From Planctomycetota bacterium (GTDB lineage Bacteria; Planctomycetota; UBA8108; SXIK01): DNA of 64,000 bases. How positions within the stretch are numbered: position 1 is the stretch's first letter; each line of letters starts with the position of its first letter. The stretch lies in the NCBI GenBank assembly GCA_965223845.1, contig CBDCXR010000004.1, positions 1,184,001-1,248,000 on the forward strand, written 5' to 3'. Position numbers and translations under genes: made by a program. This document shows positions 63,901-64,000 of this stretch, in pieces. The notes beneath the pieces are model-generated. The model was not told the DNA's origin and searched no databases. It saw only the letters and a program-made list of their open reading frames with translations.

Positions 63901-64000
63901 GCGCGGGACCGATCCCGCCGTGTCAGGACGGGGGGGACTCGAACGACGACGGCCGCATCGACATTGCGGATCCGATCTATTCGACGACCTTCCTCTTCTC
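57906..64000 (+). CDS. giant secreted thrombospondin type-3 repeat protein with C-terminal dockerin-like domain (3'-truncated, >2030 aa)
   Basis: Absent from the ORF track because it has no stop in the window. ATG at 57906 (or 57915) gives [31 protein letters not shown], a signal peptide, followed by DNCPxxxNxDQxDxDxDGxGDxCDxDDDGDGV repeats; [25 protein letters not shown]...[20 protein letters not shown] begins at 63825. Confidence 0.92.
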   Translation, partial: MIEMWSFLARAGRSSWRIGWIVILAATPAFAVDTDLDGIDDEVDNCPTVANADQTDTDGDGLGDACDTDDDGDTVEDTSDNCPLDVNTDQSDIDLDGLGDVCDEDDDGDGVDDSTDNCPVDANPAQSDLDGDGLGDACDADDDGDGVDDGVDNCPMDANAGQEDLDGDGVGDACDADDDGDGVDDGSDNCPLDANPGQADKDNDGLGDACDDDDDGDGVLDVNDNCPLNWNAKQADLDQDGIGDACDDDDDGDGVLDVNDNCVRTVNPDQTDSDGDGIGDACDSDLDGDGVIDDEDNCPSTPNAGQEDLDLDGLGDVCDADDDGDGVDDDVDNCPVDANAGQSDLDGDGLGDACDADDDGDGVDDGVDNCPVDVNADQADLDGDGIGDVCDADDDGDGVDDDVDNCPVDANAGQSDLDGDGLGDACDADDDGDGVDDGADNCPATPNADQSDLDGDGIGDACDNDGDGDGVADDVDNCPADPNADQSDLDGDGLGDVCDADDDGDGVDDGADNCPVTANSDQSDLDGDGAGDACDADDDGDGVDDGADNCPATANADQADLDGDGIGDVCDPDVDGDGVADGADNCPLIANADQSDLDGDGAGDACDADDDGDGVDDGADNCPATANADQSDLDGDGIGDACDNDGDGDGVTDDVDNCPSIANADQADLDGDGLGDVCDADDDGDGVDDGSDNCPTTANADQADLDGDGLGDVCDADDDGDGTDDGADNCPTDANADQSDLDGDGLGDVCDADDDGDGVTDDVDNCPTDANIDQSDLDGDGLGDVCDADDDGDGVPDGSDNCPATANADQSDLDGDGLGDVCDGDGDGDGVEDGADNCPSIANPDQADLDGDGLGDVCDADDDGDGVDDGADNCPATANADQSDLDGDGLGDACDADDDGDGTDDGADNCPTDANADQSDLDGDGLGDVCDPDDDGDGVTDGVDNCPVDTNPAQADLDGDGLGDACDVDDDGDGTIDDTDNCPTTPNADQSDVDGDGLGDACDADDDGDGVADGADNCPSNPNPKQANLDGDALGDACDPDDDNDGIDDGPDNCPRNVNPDQSDIDGDGVGDVCDGDRDGDAIPDSRDNCPAIPNFDQADLDGDGLGDICDADDDGDGVDDGVDNCPVDANPSQSDVDQDGLGDACDPDDDNDGVPDGTDNCPTDVNADQADLDQDGLGDVCDLDDDRDGVADDVDNCPRVQNVDQGDLDQDGQGDACDADDDGDGVDDASDNCPRISNPNQNDVDGDGLGDVCDGDGDGDGVLDDVDNCPNDANSDQLDIDQDGLGDVCDPDDDGDGVADGADNCPRAANASQTDTDGDGDGDACDADDDGDGVDDFADNCPLIVNGNQADLDQDGMGDACDADDDGDGVSDDADNCPRNLNIDQADLDGDGIGDVCDPDVDGDGVADDGDNCPLDANANQADLDDDGIGDVCDSDDDGDGVADDVDSCPRDVNPNQADADQDGVGDACDPDIDGDGTDNAADNCPTDVNSDQADLDGDGLGDVCDSDDDGDGVSDDADNCPVDSNPDQADEDGDGMGDACDLPDADEDGIPDINDNCVEIVNPDQTDTDGDGVGDACDADDDGDGVEDGADNCPLVDNADQADLDTDGMGDACDADDDGDGIDDATDNCPRDPNADQVDGDFDGFGDACDDDDDADGTPDEDDNCPMVTNPTQSDLDGDEIGDACDNDIDNDGVLNEADNCVDVPNTDQDDLDQDGIGDDCDADVDGDDVANGDDNCPEAPNPGQPDLDVDGIGDVCDNCPIVPNPDQADSDDDGFGDVCDEATDFDFDGIDDDVDNCPDTANPDQADADQDGEGDACDSDSDADEDFIADITDNCPTVPNTGQTDTDEDGIGDACDGDLDGDGVPNDSDNCESLPNANQVDLDQDGAGDVCDPDDDDDGIIDDEDNCPATANPSQTDLDTDQIGDACDADRDGDGVANGADNCPDVPNADQLDSNDDGVGDACGTGGSRDFIRGDSNNDDRVDIADPIYLVNYLFRAGPIPPCQDGGDSNDDGRIDIADPIYSTTFLF
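58035..63803 (+). repeat. coding tandem array of 54 units, mostly 108 bp (36 aa)
   Basis: D(N/S)C codons recur every 108 bp from 58035 to 62463 (42 units); 12 more follow, including spacings of 111, 69 and 114 bp, with the last at 63735. Confidence 0.93.

Overview
GC-rich bacterial window (roughly two-thirds GC by eye), most likely from a Planctomycetota genome: it has a PSCyt1/DUF1549/DUF1553 + DUF1501 pair, DUF1080 and PQQ-propeller proteins, and a planctomycete-style dockerin. It holds about 43 genes, mostly housekeeping and metabolic (thrS, proS, class II DAHP synthase, uxaB, glcDEF, xth, ahcY with a SahR-type regulator and its palindromic operator, GH13, S9 peptidase), plus a serC broken by a 1-bp frameshift. 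I saw no rRNA, tRNA, CRISPR array, integrase or transposase. The most unusual items are: (1) a >2000-aa secreted protein, missing from the ORF track, made of 54 tandem thrombospondin type-3 Ca2+-binding units and ending in a dockerin; (2) a divergent pair of a Ser/Thr kinase and an FHA-transmembrane-M64 metallopeptidase; (3) a phytoene-dehydrogenase-like oxidoreductase fused to a GNAT; (4) a trypsin-DUF1080-SirB1-TPR fusion; (5) a lysine-free 7-repeat lipoprotein; and (6) a ~180-bp inverted-repeat element. All calls come from recognising motifs by eye; no database searches were run.
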